A stretch of 64,000 nucleotides of DNA from an uncultured Opitutia bacterium (lineage in GTDB: Bacteria; Verrucomicrobiota; Verrucomicrobiia; Opitutales; Opitutaceae): positions 13,549-77,548 of the forward strand of contig CAIONS010000013.1 of assembly GCA_903859715.1 (NCBI GenBank). Reading direction: 5' to 3'. Position numbers and translations under genes: made by a program. Positions 45,409-56,312 of this stretch are shown here, piece by piece. Numbering within the stretch: the first letter of the stretch is position 1; every line of letters begins with the position of its first letter. The notes beneath the pieces are model-generated. The model was not told the DNA's origin and made no database searches. It was given only the letters and a program-made list of their open reading frames with translations.

Positions 45409-45822
45409 TTAGACGGAATACTTCGCACGAACATCCTCCGGCAACGCTGTGGCCCGGCCCGTTTGCAGCGTGACCAGCGTATAATCGCAATGCCCGTCGC
45501 AAACGCGTTTGCCGGTGGGGAGCTTTTCGATTTCGAACCTCACCCGGCAGCCCGTTTCAGTGAAATGCTCGATCCAGGTCCGCACCACCATCCGGTCGCC
45601 CCAGCCCAGCGGACGCTTAAACTGAATCGTCGCCGAGGCCATGAACCAGCCAAGCCCCCGCGCCGCAAACGCCTGCATGGGCATCTTATAGCAGCGCTCC
45701 ATCTGGTCAAAGCGCGCCGCGAGCACGTAATCAAGATAGCGCGTGGAATGGACGTGCTGATAGAGGTCGATATCGTCCGGGCGGACCGCGAGTTCAGTCT
45801 CGAACTTGGAGAAGACGCTCAT
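45409..45822 (-). CDS. acyl-CoA thioesterase (4HBT/YbgC-like hot-dog fold)
   Basis: ORF 45409-46002; ATG at 45822 (MSVFSKFETELAVRPDDIDLYQHVHSTRYLDY...). Confidence 0.8.
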   Translation of the reverse strand: MSVFSKFETELAVRPDDIDLYQHVHSTRYLDYVLAARFDQMERCYKMPMQAFAARGLGWFMASATIQFKRPLGWGDRMVVRTWIEHFTETGCRVRFEIEKLPTGKRVCDGHCDYTLVTLQTGRATALPEDVRAKYSV

Positions 45823-45841
45823 CGGGGAGGCTGCTCGATCG

Positions 45842-46231
45842 TCATTCAAACAGCCGGTCAACTTCCCGCCGGTCCCGCTTGGTCGGACGGCCGCTGCCCT
45901 TCTCCCGCGCCAGGACCTGCTGCATCCGCTGCTCGCGCAGTTTTTCAAACTCGGACGCCGGCGTGAGGTCGGTGCAGTATTCCGGCACAAGTTTCGCGCC
46001 AACCCGGGAAGGAGGCGCCGCCACCACGCGCAGCGTACGCAGGATCAGGCCTTGGCGCACGGTCACGATTTCGCCCGCATGCACCTCGCGCGCCGGCTTC
46101 GCCGGCCGCTCGTTGACCTCGACGCTGCCGGCATTGATTGCCGCCGTCGCCAAGGCCCGGGTCTTGAAGAGCCGCACGGCCCAGAGCCACTTGTCGAGCC
46201 GTGCAGCGCCGCGTGCCGGCTCAGTGTCCAA
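45842..46231 (-). CDS. S4-domain RNA-binding protein (Hsp15-like)
   Basis: RLDKWLWAVRLFKTRALATAAINAGSVEVNERPAKPAREVHAGEIVTV. No in-frame ATG lies downstream of the upstream gene's end. I propose the TTG at 46231, overlapping the upstream stop, so the start is uncertain. Confidence 0.7.
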   Translation of the reverse strand: MDTEPARGAARLDKWLWAVRLFKTRALATAAINAGSVEVNERPAKPAREVHAGEIVTVRQGLILRTLRVVAAPPSRVGAKLVPEYCTDLTPASEFEKLREQRMQQVLAREKGSGRPTKRDRREVDRLFE

Positions 46232-46955
46232 GCGGATTGAAGCCACCGCCGAAGCTCGGAATTTTGAACTCGGTGTACCCGTCCGTGGAGAAGAGCGAGT
46301 CCGGCAGCGTGGTTTTGTCGATCTTGGTGACTTCCATGCGCGACTTTTCGGTGCCACTGGCGTCCCGCGTCACGACCCGCAGCGGGAAAAGGCCGCCTTC
46401 GCTGGCCATTTGCGCCCATTCCGGCGAAGGGGCGCCCCGCCCGCCCATCGGACCCTGCGCCGCCGGGAACATGAAAGTGCCGAGGCCCTTCGCGAGCCAG
46501 AGTTCGTGGGTATCACCCTTTTGTCCCGTCAGCTTGTATTCGGTGGCGAGATAGCCGGCGATCATCTCCGTGCGGCCCGTGGCGACGGGCGCCGCCGTGG
46601 AGGGATGCTCGGCGTGCGCTTGGGCGGAGGCCGCCGCGATCGTCTGGCCAAACGGGCGGCGCAGGAAGTTTTTCTGTCCGCCGTGTTCCATGAGGATGAT
46701 CATCTCCTGATTCTGGAAATCGAAGATCATACCACCCATGCCCCCGCCTCCGCGGGAGGAATTCGCCGGGATGTCACAGCGCATCTTGCCATCTTTGATG
46801 GCGTAATCGATGGCCTGTGCATCCTTCTTTCCCGAGGTAATTTCCATATGGACGCGACCTTCAAAGGTATCGGCGGCGGAAACCGCGGTCAGGGTGCCAA
46901 GGGAAAACGCGATCGCAAGGAGACCGCGGCGGAAAGAGAAGGCGGACAATTTCAT
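46221..46955 (-). CDS. secreted hypothetical protein (DUF4412-like)
   Basis: ORF 46221-46970; ATG at 46955 (MKLSAFSFRRGLLAIAFSLGTLTAVSA). Family assignment is from memory only. Confidence 0.6.
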   Translation of the reverse strand: MKLSAFSFRRGLLAIAFSLGTLTAVSAADTFEGRVHMEITSGKKDAQAIDYAIKDGKMRCDIPANSSRGGGGMGGMIFDFQNQEMIILMEHGGQKNFLRRPFGQTIAAASAQAHAEHPSTAAPVATGRTEMIAGYLATEYKLTGQKGDTHELWLAKGLGTFMFPAAQGPMGGRGAPSPEWAQMASEGGLFPLRVVTRDASGTEKSRMEVTKIDKTTLPDSLFSTDGYTEFKIPSFGGGFNPLGH

Positions 46956-47053
46956 AGGGGTGAGAACCAAGGTTGGGAATGGATTCCAGGATCAGGCTGA
47001 CGACCTCCCGGTTTAAGGCTCCCGCCCGCAACCGCAAGACAGACATCGGGCGC

Positions 47054-47085
47054 AAAAAAGCCGCGCCTCCGTGAGAGACGCGGCC
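47054..47085 (-). terminator. rho-independent terminator after the DUF3016-like gene
   Basis: Minus strand: GCCGCGTCTC-tcacg-GAGGCGCGGC (one bulge) followed by TTTTTTG. Confidence 0.7.
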
Positions 47086-47106
47086 TGAACCGACGAACGC
47101 AGCGGT

Positions 47107-47634
47107 CTAGCTCGATTTGGCGCGGGGAAAATCGGCGCGCAGCCAGTCGTCGAGCAGGGCCTTCTCAAAGCGCAGGTTGTCGTTGGGCGCGGTATTGGAC
47201 TTCATCATGAAGGCGAGGTCGCGGAGCTGTCGCTTGCCTTCCTTGACGATTCTACCATCCGCACCGGTCAGCTTGAACTCCAGATCCACCTTGGGCGGAT
47301 AAATGTCCTTCACGATGCGGACGTCGGTCATCTGCGGCCCACGCCACGGTTCAAAGTCACCGGCCATATCGACATCGGTCACCGTGATGGTAAGCTTCTG
47401 GCCTTCGGGGATGTAAAACTTCGACCGCTGGACAATGTAGTCCTTCAGCTGCCCGAGGATGGCGTCGCGGTCCTTGTCGTTTTCCGTGTAGGAATTCCGG
47501 ACATCGGCAAACTTTTCCGGATGCGAGAAGATCACTTCGGTTCTGTCAGGGCCGGCAGCCGGCTCGGCCGCAAAGCCCGCGCTCACCGCGGCCAACCCGG
47601 CGACGGCGGTGAGAAACAAGCGGATGGTTTTCAT
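47107..47634 (-). CDS. secreted hypothetical protein (DUF3016-like)
   Basis: ORF 47107-47796; ATG at 47634 (MKTIRLFLTAVAGLAAVSAGFA). Family assignment is from memory only. Confidence 0.6.
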   Translation of the reverse strand: MKTIRLFLTAVAGLAAVSAGFAAEPAAGPDRTEVIFSHPEKFADVRNSYTENDKDRDAILGQLKDYIVQRSKFYIPEGQKLTITVTDVDMAGDFEPWRGPQMTDVRIVKDIYPPKVDLEFKLTGADGRIVKEGKRQLRDLAFMMKSNTAPNDNLRFEKALLDDWLRADFPRAKSS

Positions 47635-47746
47635 GGTATCGGTGTGACGCAGCATAGCACATAATAGTTCCACGGCGAGTCCGCGAATGGTCCCCGGCCT
47701 CCGCCGCCACCGGTCATCCGTGGAAGCCAATGCTTCGGAAAGCATT

Positions 47747-47788
47747 ATAAAATAGAACCGCCCGCAGGCCGGTCGGCCGCGGGCGGTT
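47747..47788 (-). terminator. rho-independent terminator after the BON-domain gene
   Basis: Minus strand: AACCGCCCGC-ggccgaccggcct-GCGGGCGGTT followed by CTATTTTATAA. Confidence 0.7.
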
Positions 47789-47824
47789 GATTCCATTTTG
47801 AGTCAGTTCCGGTTCAGGCCGTGA

Positions 47825-48568
47825 TCACTCCTTGACCGTCATGTCGTTCGCGACGTTCTTCACACCGCGCACGCCTTGGGCCAGCTGGGTGACGAGATCC
47901 CTTTCGGCCGCCGAGCCGGCCTCGCCGCTGATCGCCACGGCGCCGTCTTTCGTGGCGACCTTGGTCTTGAGCGCACTGGTGGCGCGGTGCGTGAGCAACT
48001 CATACTTCACCCCCGCGGTAATCGAGGCGTCGTCGATGACCTCGCCCATCGTACGGGAAGGTTCGGCAGGCGGCGCACTGACCACGAGGTCGTTGTTCAC
48101 CGCCTTAACCCCGTCAATATCCTTCACGTAGGCCTCGGTGAGTTCCTTTTGCGCGAGATTATCCGCCTTGCCGGTGAGCGTGACCACGCCGTCCTTCACC
48201 GTGATGCTCGTGGCCGTGGCGCTGACATTGGCCTTGGTGAGCAGCCGGCCGCGGGCCTTGATGGCGATCCAGCCGTCAGAATGCTCGGGTGCCAGCGGCA
48301 CGACCGTGATCTGATTGTCGACGCGCAGCACGCCCGGGAGATCGCGCACGGTATTTTCGGCCAGCGTCTTCAGGTCTTCGTCGTCCACCTTGCCGCTGAG
48401 GGTGACCACCCCGTCTTCCACCGAGATCTTCACCTGGTTCTGGAGGACGGTGCGGTAATTATAGGACGCCTTCGCCGCGTCTTCGATTTTGCTGTCGGTC
48501 GCAGAGGCGGCGAACATCACCACAGGGACGGCGGCTAGGAGGAGGGCGAACAGTTTGGGAGTTTTCAT
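47825..48568 (-). CDS. periplasmic BON-domain protein (OsmY-like, three BON repeats)
   Basis: Signal peptide. Three repeats of the type V.V.VEDGVVTLSGKVD.......AE..V..L.GV..V.N.I.V. Confidence 0.85.
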   Translation of the reverse strand: MKTPKLFALLLAAVPVVMFAASATDSKIEDAAKASYNYRTVLQNQVKISVEDGVVTLSGKVDDEDLKTLAENTVRDLPGVLRVDNQITVVPLAPEHSDGWIAIKARGRLLTKANVSATATSITVKDGVVTLTGKADNLAQKELTEAYVKDIDGVKAVNNDLVVSAPPAEPSRTMGEVIDDASITAGVKYELLTHRATSALKTKVATKDGAVAISGEAGSAAERDLVTQLAQGVRGVKNVANDMTVKE

Positions 48569-48780
48569 GGGAATCGCTTCTTTTTGAGGTTGTTGATGAA
48601 CTTACCTCCCCCCGTTTTAGCGAAGTTGATGCCAATGCGCGTCCCGCAGGCTTAACTGATTTTTTCCCAATCAGTTATATTATTGGTCCCGAGTCCGCCT
48701 CGTCGCAACGCACGGCGAACTGCACGACCCGACAGCGCTGCTCCTGCAAAAAGCACGAGGAGCTCCGCGCCCAAAATCCC

Positions 48781-51153
<2,373 letters not shown>

Positions 51154-51203
51154 GGCCCTTTCATTTCGCCCGGTTTGCGCTAGGTTTCAAGCCCAGCGCC
51201 GCC

Positions 51204-51476
51204 ATGTTCGCCAATCTCCTCCAGCTCATCACGCGCCGCCCGCCGCCCGATTTCGAGCGTGGCTTTGTGCAGGAGGTCCACGTCACCCAGCGAAGCCAGC
51301 GCAACCGGAAGACCGAGCGGATCATCTTGGCCGGCTGGCTGCTCATCCTCGGCAAGAGTTTCCTGATGATCTGGCTGGTCGACAAATACCACCTGTCGTT
51401 CAACGCCAACTGGGTCATCGTCCCGACCGTGATCTCCGCGCTGCTCTGCACCGCGGTGTATTTCATGCGGGACTGA
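51204..51476 (+). CDS. small (90 aa) two-TM hypothetical membrane protein
   Basis: ATG at 51204, in frame within ORF 50859-51476. RIILAGWLLILGKSFLMIWLV and WVIVPTVISALLCTAVYF are hydrophobic helices. Divergent from the YdeP-like gene. Confidence 0.4.
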   Translation: MFANLLQLITRRPPPDFERGFVQEVHVTQRSQRNRKTERIILAGWLLILGKSFLMIWLVDKYHLSFNANWVIVPTVISALLCTAVYFMRD

Positions 51477-51629
51477 TGGCGGAATTTTGGAGAGACGATT
51501 TCCCGACATTCGCTTGTGCCGGGCCGGGGCACCGTTCGTCGCCGGAAAATCGTGCCTCACCTCTCATAAATCGTCCCTCGCCTTCAAGTTTGGCATTTTC
51601 TCCCCGGGATTTTTCGGTTTCCTGCGGAG

Positions 51630-52082
51630 ATGCCCAATGTCCCCGGACTCCGCAGCCCCTACGTCAAGGTCGGACGGCTCGTCTATTTCGGCCGCATGCT
51701 CGACAAGATCCGCCTGCACGCCGCCGGCACCCTGCCCGCCAGCGACTACGCCGCAAACCTCGGCAAGGGCTTTGACGGCCGCTGCTGCAATTTTCTCCGC
51801 ATCAAGTACGAAGACCTGAAGACCCAAACCCTCGCCGGCGGACTGACCGACGAACAATTGCTCGCCTGGGCCCACGGGCACGGCGGCATCCGCACCGACG
51901 AGGAATGCGAGGTCTGGAGCGGCTTCATGATGAAGCGCGGCTGGCGCGACGCGGGCGCCGAGATCCTCGCCCAGCGCATCCGGGAGAGCCAGCTCGAGGC
52001 CAAGCCCGTCCTCACGATGTTTGACTACATCGACTACGATGAGGGCCGGGATCCGGCCGCCACCAAGCCCTGGCAGGGTTGA
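51630..52082 (+). CDS. DUF5069-like protein
   Basis: 150 aa. LRSPYVKVGRLVYFGRMLDKIRLHAAG...DGRCCNFL. Family assignment is from memory. Confidence 0.65.
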   Translation: MPNVPGLRSPYVKVGRLVYFGRMLDKIRLHAAGTLPASDYAANLGKGFDGRCCNFLRIKYEDLKTQTLAGGLTDEQLLAWAHGHGGIRTDEECEVWSGFMMKRGWRDAGAEILAQRIRESQLEAKPVLTMFDYIDYDEGRDPAATKPWQG

Positions 52083-52095
52083 GCGCCGTCCGCTC

Positions 52096-52581
52096 ATGGT
52101 TATCCTTCTCATGGGCGTCGCTGGCAGTGGTAAGACCACCCTGGGCCGCACCCTCGCCGATGAACTCGGGTGGAGTTTCGCCGACGCCGACGCATTTCAT
52201 CCCCCGGCCAACGTGGCGAAAATGAGCGCCGGCCAACCGCTCGACGACCTCGATCGCGCCCCTTGGCTCACGGCGATCCGTCTCTACATCGACGCCCGGC
52301 TCGCAGCGGCCCAAAACGCCGTCGTCACTTGTTCCGCGCTCAAGCAACGCTATCGCACCGCCCTGATCGGCGATCCCACCCAGGTAAAACTCGTTTATCT
52401 CAAGGGAACCCGGGAACTGCTCTGGTCCCGCATCAGCAGCCGGGAAGGCCATTTCATGAAGCCGGCCATGCTCGACAGCCAGCTCGCGACGCTTGAAGAG
52501 CCGGCCGACGCGCTCACGGTCGATATCGTCGGGTCTCCCGGACAAATCATCTCCGCGATCCGCCGCGGACTTTCCCTATGA
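52096..52581 (+). CDS. gntK: gluconokinase (GntK/IdnK family)
   Basis: ORF 52021-52581; ATG at 52096 (MVILLMGVAGSGKTTLGRTLADELGWSFADADAFHPPANVAKMSAGQPLDDLDRAPWL). Confidence 0.85.
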   Translation: MVILLMGVAGSGKTTLGRTLADELGWSFADADAFHPPANVAKMSAGQPLDDLDRAPWLTAIRLYIDARLAAAQNAVVTCSALKQRYRTALIGDPTQVKLVYLKGTRELLWSRISSREGHFMKPAMLDSQLATLEEPADALTVDIVGSPGQIISAIRRGLSL

Positions 52582-55001
52582 CCACTCCCGCGGGCAAACG
52601 CTTCCGTCTTCTCGCCAGCCTGGTCAGTGTGCTGCTGCTGCTGGTCGCGATTGCCGCCGGTTGGTTTTACTGGGAGATGCGCGCCAGCCTGCCCCGCCTC
52701 GATGGCAATGCACTGCTCCCCGGTCTCAGTGCGCCTGTAACCGTGGCCCGCGATGCCCTCGGCATCCCGTGGGTGCGCGGAGACTCCCGCGAGGACGTCG
52801 CCCAAGCACTGGGTTACCTTCATGCCCAGGATCGGTTTTTCCAGATGGACCTGCTGCGCCGTCGTGGGGCCGGCGAACTCGCCGAACTGTTCGGCAAGGT
52901 CGCACTGCCGCTGGATGAGAGCACGCGGGTGCATGGGTTCCGCCAGCTCGCGCAACAAGTCCTCGTGCGTCTCGCCCCCGCCGAGCGGGCGTTGCTCGAA
53001 CGCTATGCGGCCGGCGTCAATGCCGGGCTGGCCGCGCTCGGCCAAAAGCCGTTCGAGTACCTCGCGCTCCGCACCACCCCGCAGCCGTGGCGGCCGGAAG
53101 ACAGCATTCTCGTCATCTATGCGATGACGCTCGACCTGCAGGACTCGACCGGGGCCTACGAACTCTCCCTCGCCACCCTGCGCGATCAGCTCGGATTTGC
53201 CGGCGTCGCTTTCTTCGCCCCGGTCAGCACACCCGATGATGCCGCCCTCGACGGCACCACCGCGCCACTGGCCGCCATCCCGTCGGAAAAAATTCTCGAC
53301 CTGCGAACCCCGGCCGCCGCGACAACTGCCGCGCTCCGTCACTCCTCGCATTCGACCTACGCGCTGACCCTCCCGCGCGATCCGGAATGCTTTCCCGGCA
53401 GCTGCAGCGTCGCCCTCTCCGGCGGACACACCGCCAATGGCGCCGCCCTCCTTGCCAACGACCCGCACCTCGACCTCAGCGTGCCGAATATCTGGTACCG
53501 GGCTTCACTCGAATGGAAGACGCCCGCGCCCTGCCGCATCTCCGGGGTCACGCTGCCCGGCCTGCCGATCATCGTGATTGGCAGCAACGGTCATATTGCC
53601 TGGGGATTTACCGATGCCTACGCCGATACCGGCGATCTCGTCGCCGTGGAGGTCAACTCCGTCGACCATTCGCTCTACAAGCGCCCGGGTCACGACGAGC
53701 TCATTCCCATCGAAAAACGCCGCGAGACCATCGCGGTGAAGGGCTCCGACCCGGTCACCATCGAAATTCCGTGGACCTATTGGGGGCCTGTCGTCGGCAC
53801 CGATTCGAAGGCGCGCCCGCTCGTCTATCATTGGCTCGCCGAGGATCCGGCCGCGACGGATCTCTCCTTCATGCAGCTCATGGACGCACGCAATGTCCCC
53901 GAGGCCGTCGCCATCGCCCATCGCGCCGGGATGCCCGCGCAGAATTTCATCGTGGCTGATTCCACGGGACAGATTGCCTGGACCATCATCGGCCGCCTCC
54001 CGAAGCGCGTCGGGTTTGACGGACGCCTGCCCACCTCTTGGAGCTATGGCGACCGCCGCTGGGAGGGTCTCCTTTCGCCCGATGAGGTGCCCGCTCTCAT
54101 CGCGCCGGCAGGCGGGCGTCTCTGGACCGCCAACAATCGCATTGTCGGTGGACCCGCCCTTGCGATCATCGGCGACGGCGGCTATGCCTCGCCCGCGCGC
54201 GCCGCCCAGATCCGCGATGATCTCGCCCAGCTGGAGCATGCCTCGCCCGGCGACCTGCGCGCCATCCAGCTTGACGACCGCGCCGTGTTTCTCGACCGCT
54301 GGCAGAAACTGCTGCTGCGCGTGCTCACGCCGGAGGTGGTCGCCGGGAAAAAATCCCGCGCCGAACTCCGCTCCCTCGCCGAGCACTGGGAAGGTCGCGC
54401 CAGCACCGACTCGGTGAGCTACCGTCTCGTGCGCGCCTTCCGCACCCACACGGCCGATCTCGCCCTGTCGCCCATCTTCGCCAACTGCGTGGATGAAACC
54501 CCCGGATTCGACTGGCACCGGTTTCATTATGAAGGTCCGCTGCAGGTCCTGCTCCGGGACAAGCCCGTCCACCTGCTCGATCCGAAGTACGCGAGCTGGG
54601 ACGACCTGCTGCTCGCCGCCGCCGACGCCGTCACGGCCGATTTTGAAAAGCAAGGCGTGCCGCTCGACGAGGCCACTTGGGGCCGGCGCAACACCGCAAA
54701 AATTTATCATCCCTTCGGCCGGATGCTGCCCGCGTGGCTCGCCGGCTGGTTAAACATGCCCGCTGATCCGCTCCCCGGCGACGGCGACATGCCGCGCGTG
54801 CAATCGCCGAACTTCGGCGCCAGCATGCGGCTCGTCGTTTCACCGGGCCATGAAGAGGAGGGCTTGCTTCACATGCCGGGTGGGCAGAGCGGTCATCCAC
54901 TCTCGCCCTTTTATCGCGCCGGCCATGAAGCCTGGGTGAAAGGCGAACCGACCCCGCTGTTGCCCGGGCCGACAGTGCATACCCTCACACTGACGCCGTA
55001 G
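52578..55001 (+). CDS. penicillin acylase family protein (Ntn hydrolase; AHL-acylase-like)
   Basis: 807 aa with an N-terminal anchor. LLANDPHL and MPGGQSGHPLSPFYRAGHEAW blocks. ATGA overlap with the gluconokinase stop. Confidence 0.9.
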   Translation: MTTPAGKRFRLLASLVSVLLLLVAIAAGWFYWEMRASLPRLDGNALLPGLSAPVTVARDALGIPWVRGDSREDVAQALGYLHAQDRFFQMDLLRRRGAGELAELFGKVALPLDESTRVHGFRQLAQQVLVRLAPAERALLERYAAGVNAGLAALGQKPFEYLALRTTPQPWRPEDSILVIYAMTLDLQDSTGAYELSLATLRDQLGFAGVAFFAPVSTPDDAALDGTTAPLAAIPSEKILDLRTPAAATTAALRHSSHSTYALTLPRDPECFPGSCSVALSGGHTANGAALLANDPHLDLSVPNIWYRASLEWKTPAPCRISGVTLPGLPIIVIGSNGHIAWGFTDAYADTGDLVAVEVNSVDHSLYKRPGHDELIPIEKRRETIAVKGSDPVTIEIPWTYWGPVVGTDSKARPLVYHWLAEDPAATDLSFMQLMDARNVPEAVAIAHRAGMPAQNFIVADSTGQIAWTIIGRLPKRVGFDGRLPTSWSYGDRRWEGLLSPDEVPALIAPAGGRLWTANNRIVGGPALAIIGDGGYASPARAAQIRDDLAQLEHASPGDLRAIQLDDRAVFLDRWQKLLLRVLTPEVVAGKKSRAELRSLAEHWEGRASTDSVSYRLVRAFRTHTADLALSPIFANCVDETPGFDWHRFHYEGPLQVLLRDKPVHLLDPKYASWDDLLLAAADAVTADFEKQGVPLDEATWGRRNTAKIYHPFGRMLPAWLAGWLNMPADPLPGDGDMPRVQSPNFGASMRLVVSPGHEEEGLLHMPGGQSGHPLSPFYRAGHEAWVKGEPTPLLPGPTVHTLTLTP

Positions 55002-55003
55002 CC

Positions 55004-55070
55004 GATTTTCGATTTTGGATTCCTGATTTTCGATTTCCTTATCCGCCGCTACTTCACCTAATCGAAAATT
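55004..55070. repeat. 'gattttcgatt' repeat cluster (two direct + one inverted copy)
   Basis: gattttcgatttt at 55004-55016, gattttcgatttc at 55025-55037, and inverted aatcgaaaatt at 55060-55070. It fills the 75-nt gap between the acylase stop and the upp start. Confidence 0.7.
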
Positions 55071-55076
55071 CCGCCC

Positions 55077-55694
55077 ATGCTCCACGTCCTTGACCATCCG
55101 CTCGCCGCGCACGTCATCACCCACCTGCGGGACAAGACGACCAAGCCCGCCACTTTCCGGACGCTCTGCTACCAGATCAGCCTGCTGCTGGCCGTCGAGG
55201 CGACCCGCTCCCTGGCCACCGAGGCGAAGGCCATCGAGACTCCGCTGGAGCCGGTCACCGGCCGGGTGCTGACCCACCAGCCGCTCGTCGTCGTGCCCAT
55301 TCTCCGCGCGGGACTCGGCATGGTGCAGCCGTTTCTCGACATTTTTCCCGACGTGAGCGTCGGCTACATCGGACTCGAGCGCGACCACACCACCGCCATT
55401 GCCCGGAGCTATTACTGCAAGCTTCCCGTCGTCACCGGTCGCCGCGTGCTGCTGGTCGATCCCATGCTCGCCACCGGCGGCTCCGCCGTGAAGGCCATCG
55501 ATGTCGTGAGCGAGCAAGGCGGCGCCGACATCACGCTGGTCAGCATCGTGAGTTCGCCCGAAGGCGTGGCCGAGGTGGAAAAACACCACCCCAAGGTCGC
55601 CATCTTTACCGCCGCGCTGGATCGCGGGCTGAATGCGAAAAAATACATCCTGCCCGGCCTCGGCGATTTTGGCGACCGGCTTTACGGCACCTGA
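55077..55694 (+). CDS. upp: uracil phosphoribosyltransferase
   Basis: PRPP motif VLLVDPMLATGGSAVKAI. C-terminal ILPGLGDFGDRLYGT. Confidence 0.9.
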   Translation: MLHVLDHPLAAHVITHLRDKTTKPATFRTLCYQISLLLAVEATRSLATEAKAIETPLEPVTGRVLTHQPLVVVPILRAGLGMVQPFLDIFPDVSVGYIGLERDHTTAIARSYYCKLPVVTGRRVLLVDPMLATGGSAVKAIDVVSEQGGADITLVSIVSSPEGVAEVEKHHPKVAIFTAALDRGLNAKKYILPGLGDFGDRLYGT

Positions 55695-55700
55695 AGCCTG

Positions 55701-56258
55701 ATGAATCTCCCTGAGCAACTCGGCCTGACTTATCTGGCCTCCGAAGTCGTGCTGCGGTTTTCCCGCCGTTCCGGCAACGACGCCAAGCGGTCCGACAGTG
55801 GCTCCCTCGCGCTCCTGTGGGTCACCATCAGCGCAGGCATCGGCCTTGGGATCTGCCTGGCCTATATGGCCCCGGTCGCCGGATTTTCTCTCAGTTCCGC
55901 TGCAGCTCGGCTCGTCGTGGCGGTGTTCGTGTGCAGTCTGACGCTGCGCTGGTGGGCGATTCTTTCGCTCGGGAAATTTTTCACGGTCGATGTCGCCATC
56001 GCCTCCGACCACCAGCTCGTGGTGCGCGGACCTTACCGCTGGATGCGGCATCCTTCCTATACCGGCATGATGCTGGCTTTCGCGGCGTTTGCCGTGACGC
56101 TCCAAAACTGGCTGTCGCTCGTGGCCGTGCTCGTTCCCATCTCCCTTGCGCTTGCCTACCGCATCCGGATCGAGGAGGCCGCGCTGATTTCAGCCTTCGG
56201 CGATGATTATCGCCGCTATGCGCAAACGACGAAACGCCTGATTCCAGGCATCGTGTAA
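55701..56258 (+). CDS. isoprenylcysteine carboxyl methyltransferase (ICMT/PEMT-like) family membrane protein
   Basis: LVVRGPYRWMRHPSYTGMML signature. 185 aa with 4-5 TM segments. Confidence 0.8.
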   Translation: MNLPEQLGLTYLASEVVLRFSRRSGNDAKRSDSGSLALLWVTISAGIGLGICLAYMAPVAGFSLSSAAARLVVAVFVCSLTLRWWAILSLGKFFTVDVAIASDHQLVVRGPYRWMRHPSYTGMMLAFAAFAVTLQNWLSLVAVLVPISLALAYRIRIEEAALISAFGDDYRRYAQTTKRLIPGIV

Positions 56259-56312
56259 CAGCCGATGTGAGGAGTCTGTCGTGCCAACCCAGCCCCCTTA
56301 CGTCGGCTGCTA

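Noticed and set aside
45209-45412. 67-aa + strand ORF in the leader region of the RRM-protein gene
   Set aside because: It has no recognisable motifs and atypical composition, and it overlaps the thioesterase stop. The region is better explained as the minus-strand 5' UTR.
48654-48676. Hairpin aactgatt-tttttccc-aatcagtt in the AT-rich gap between the YdeP-like and BON genes, as a terminator
   Set aside because: No U tract follows it on the minus (transcribed) strand. It may be promoter or operator DNA for the BON gene, but I have no supporting evidence.
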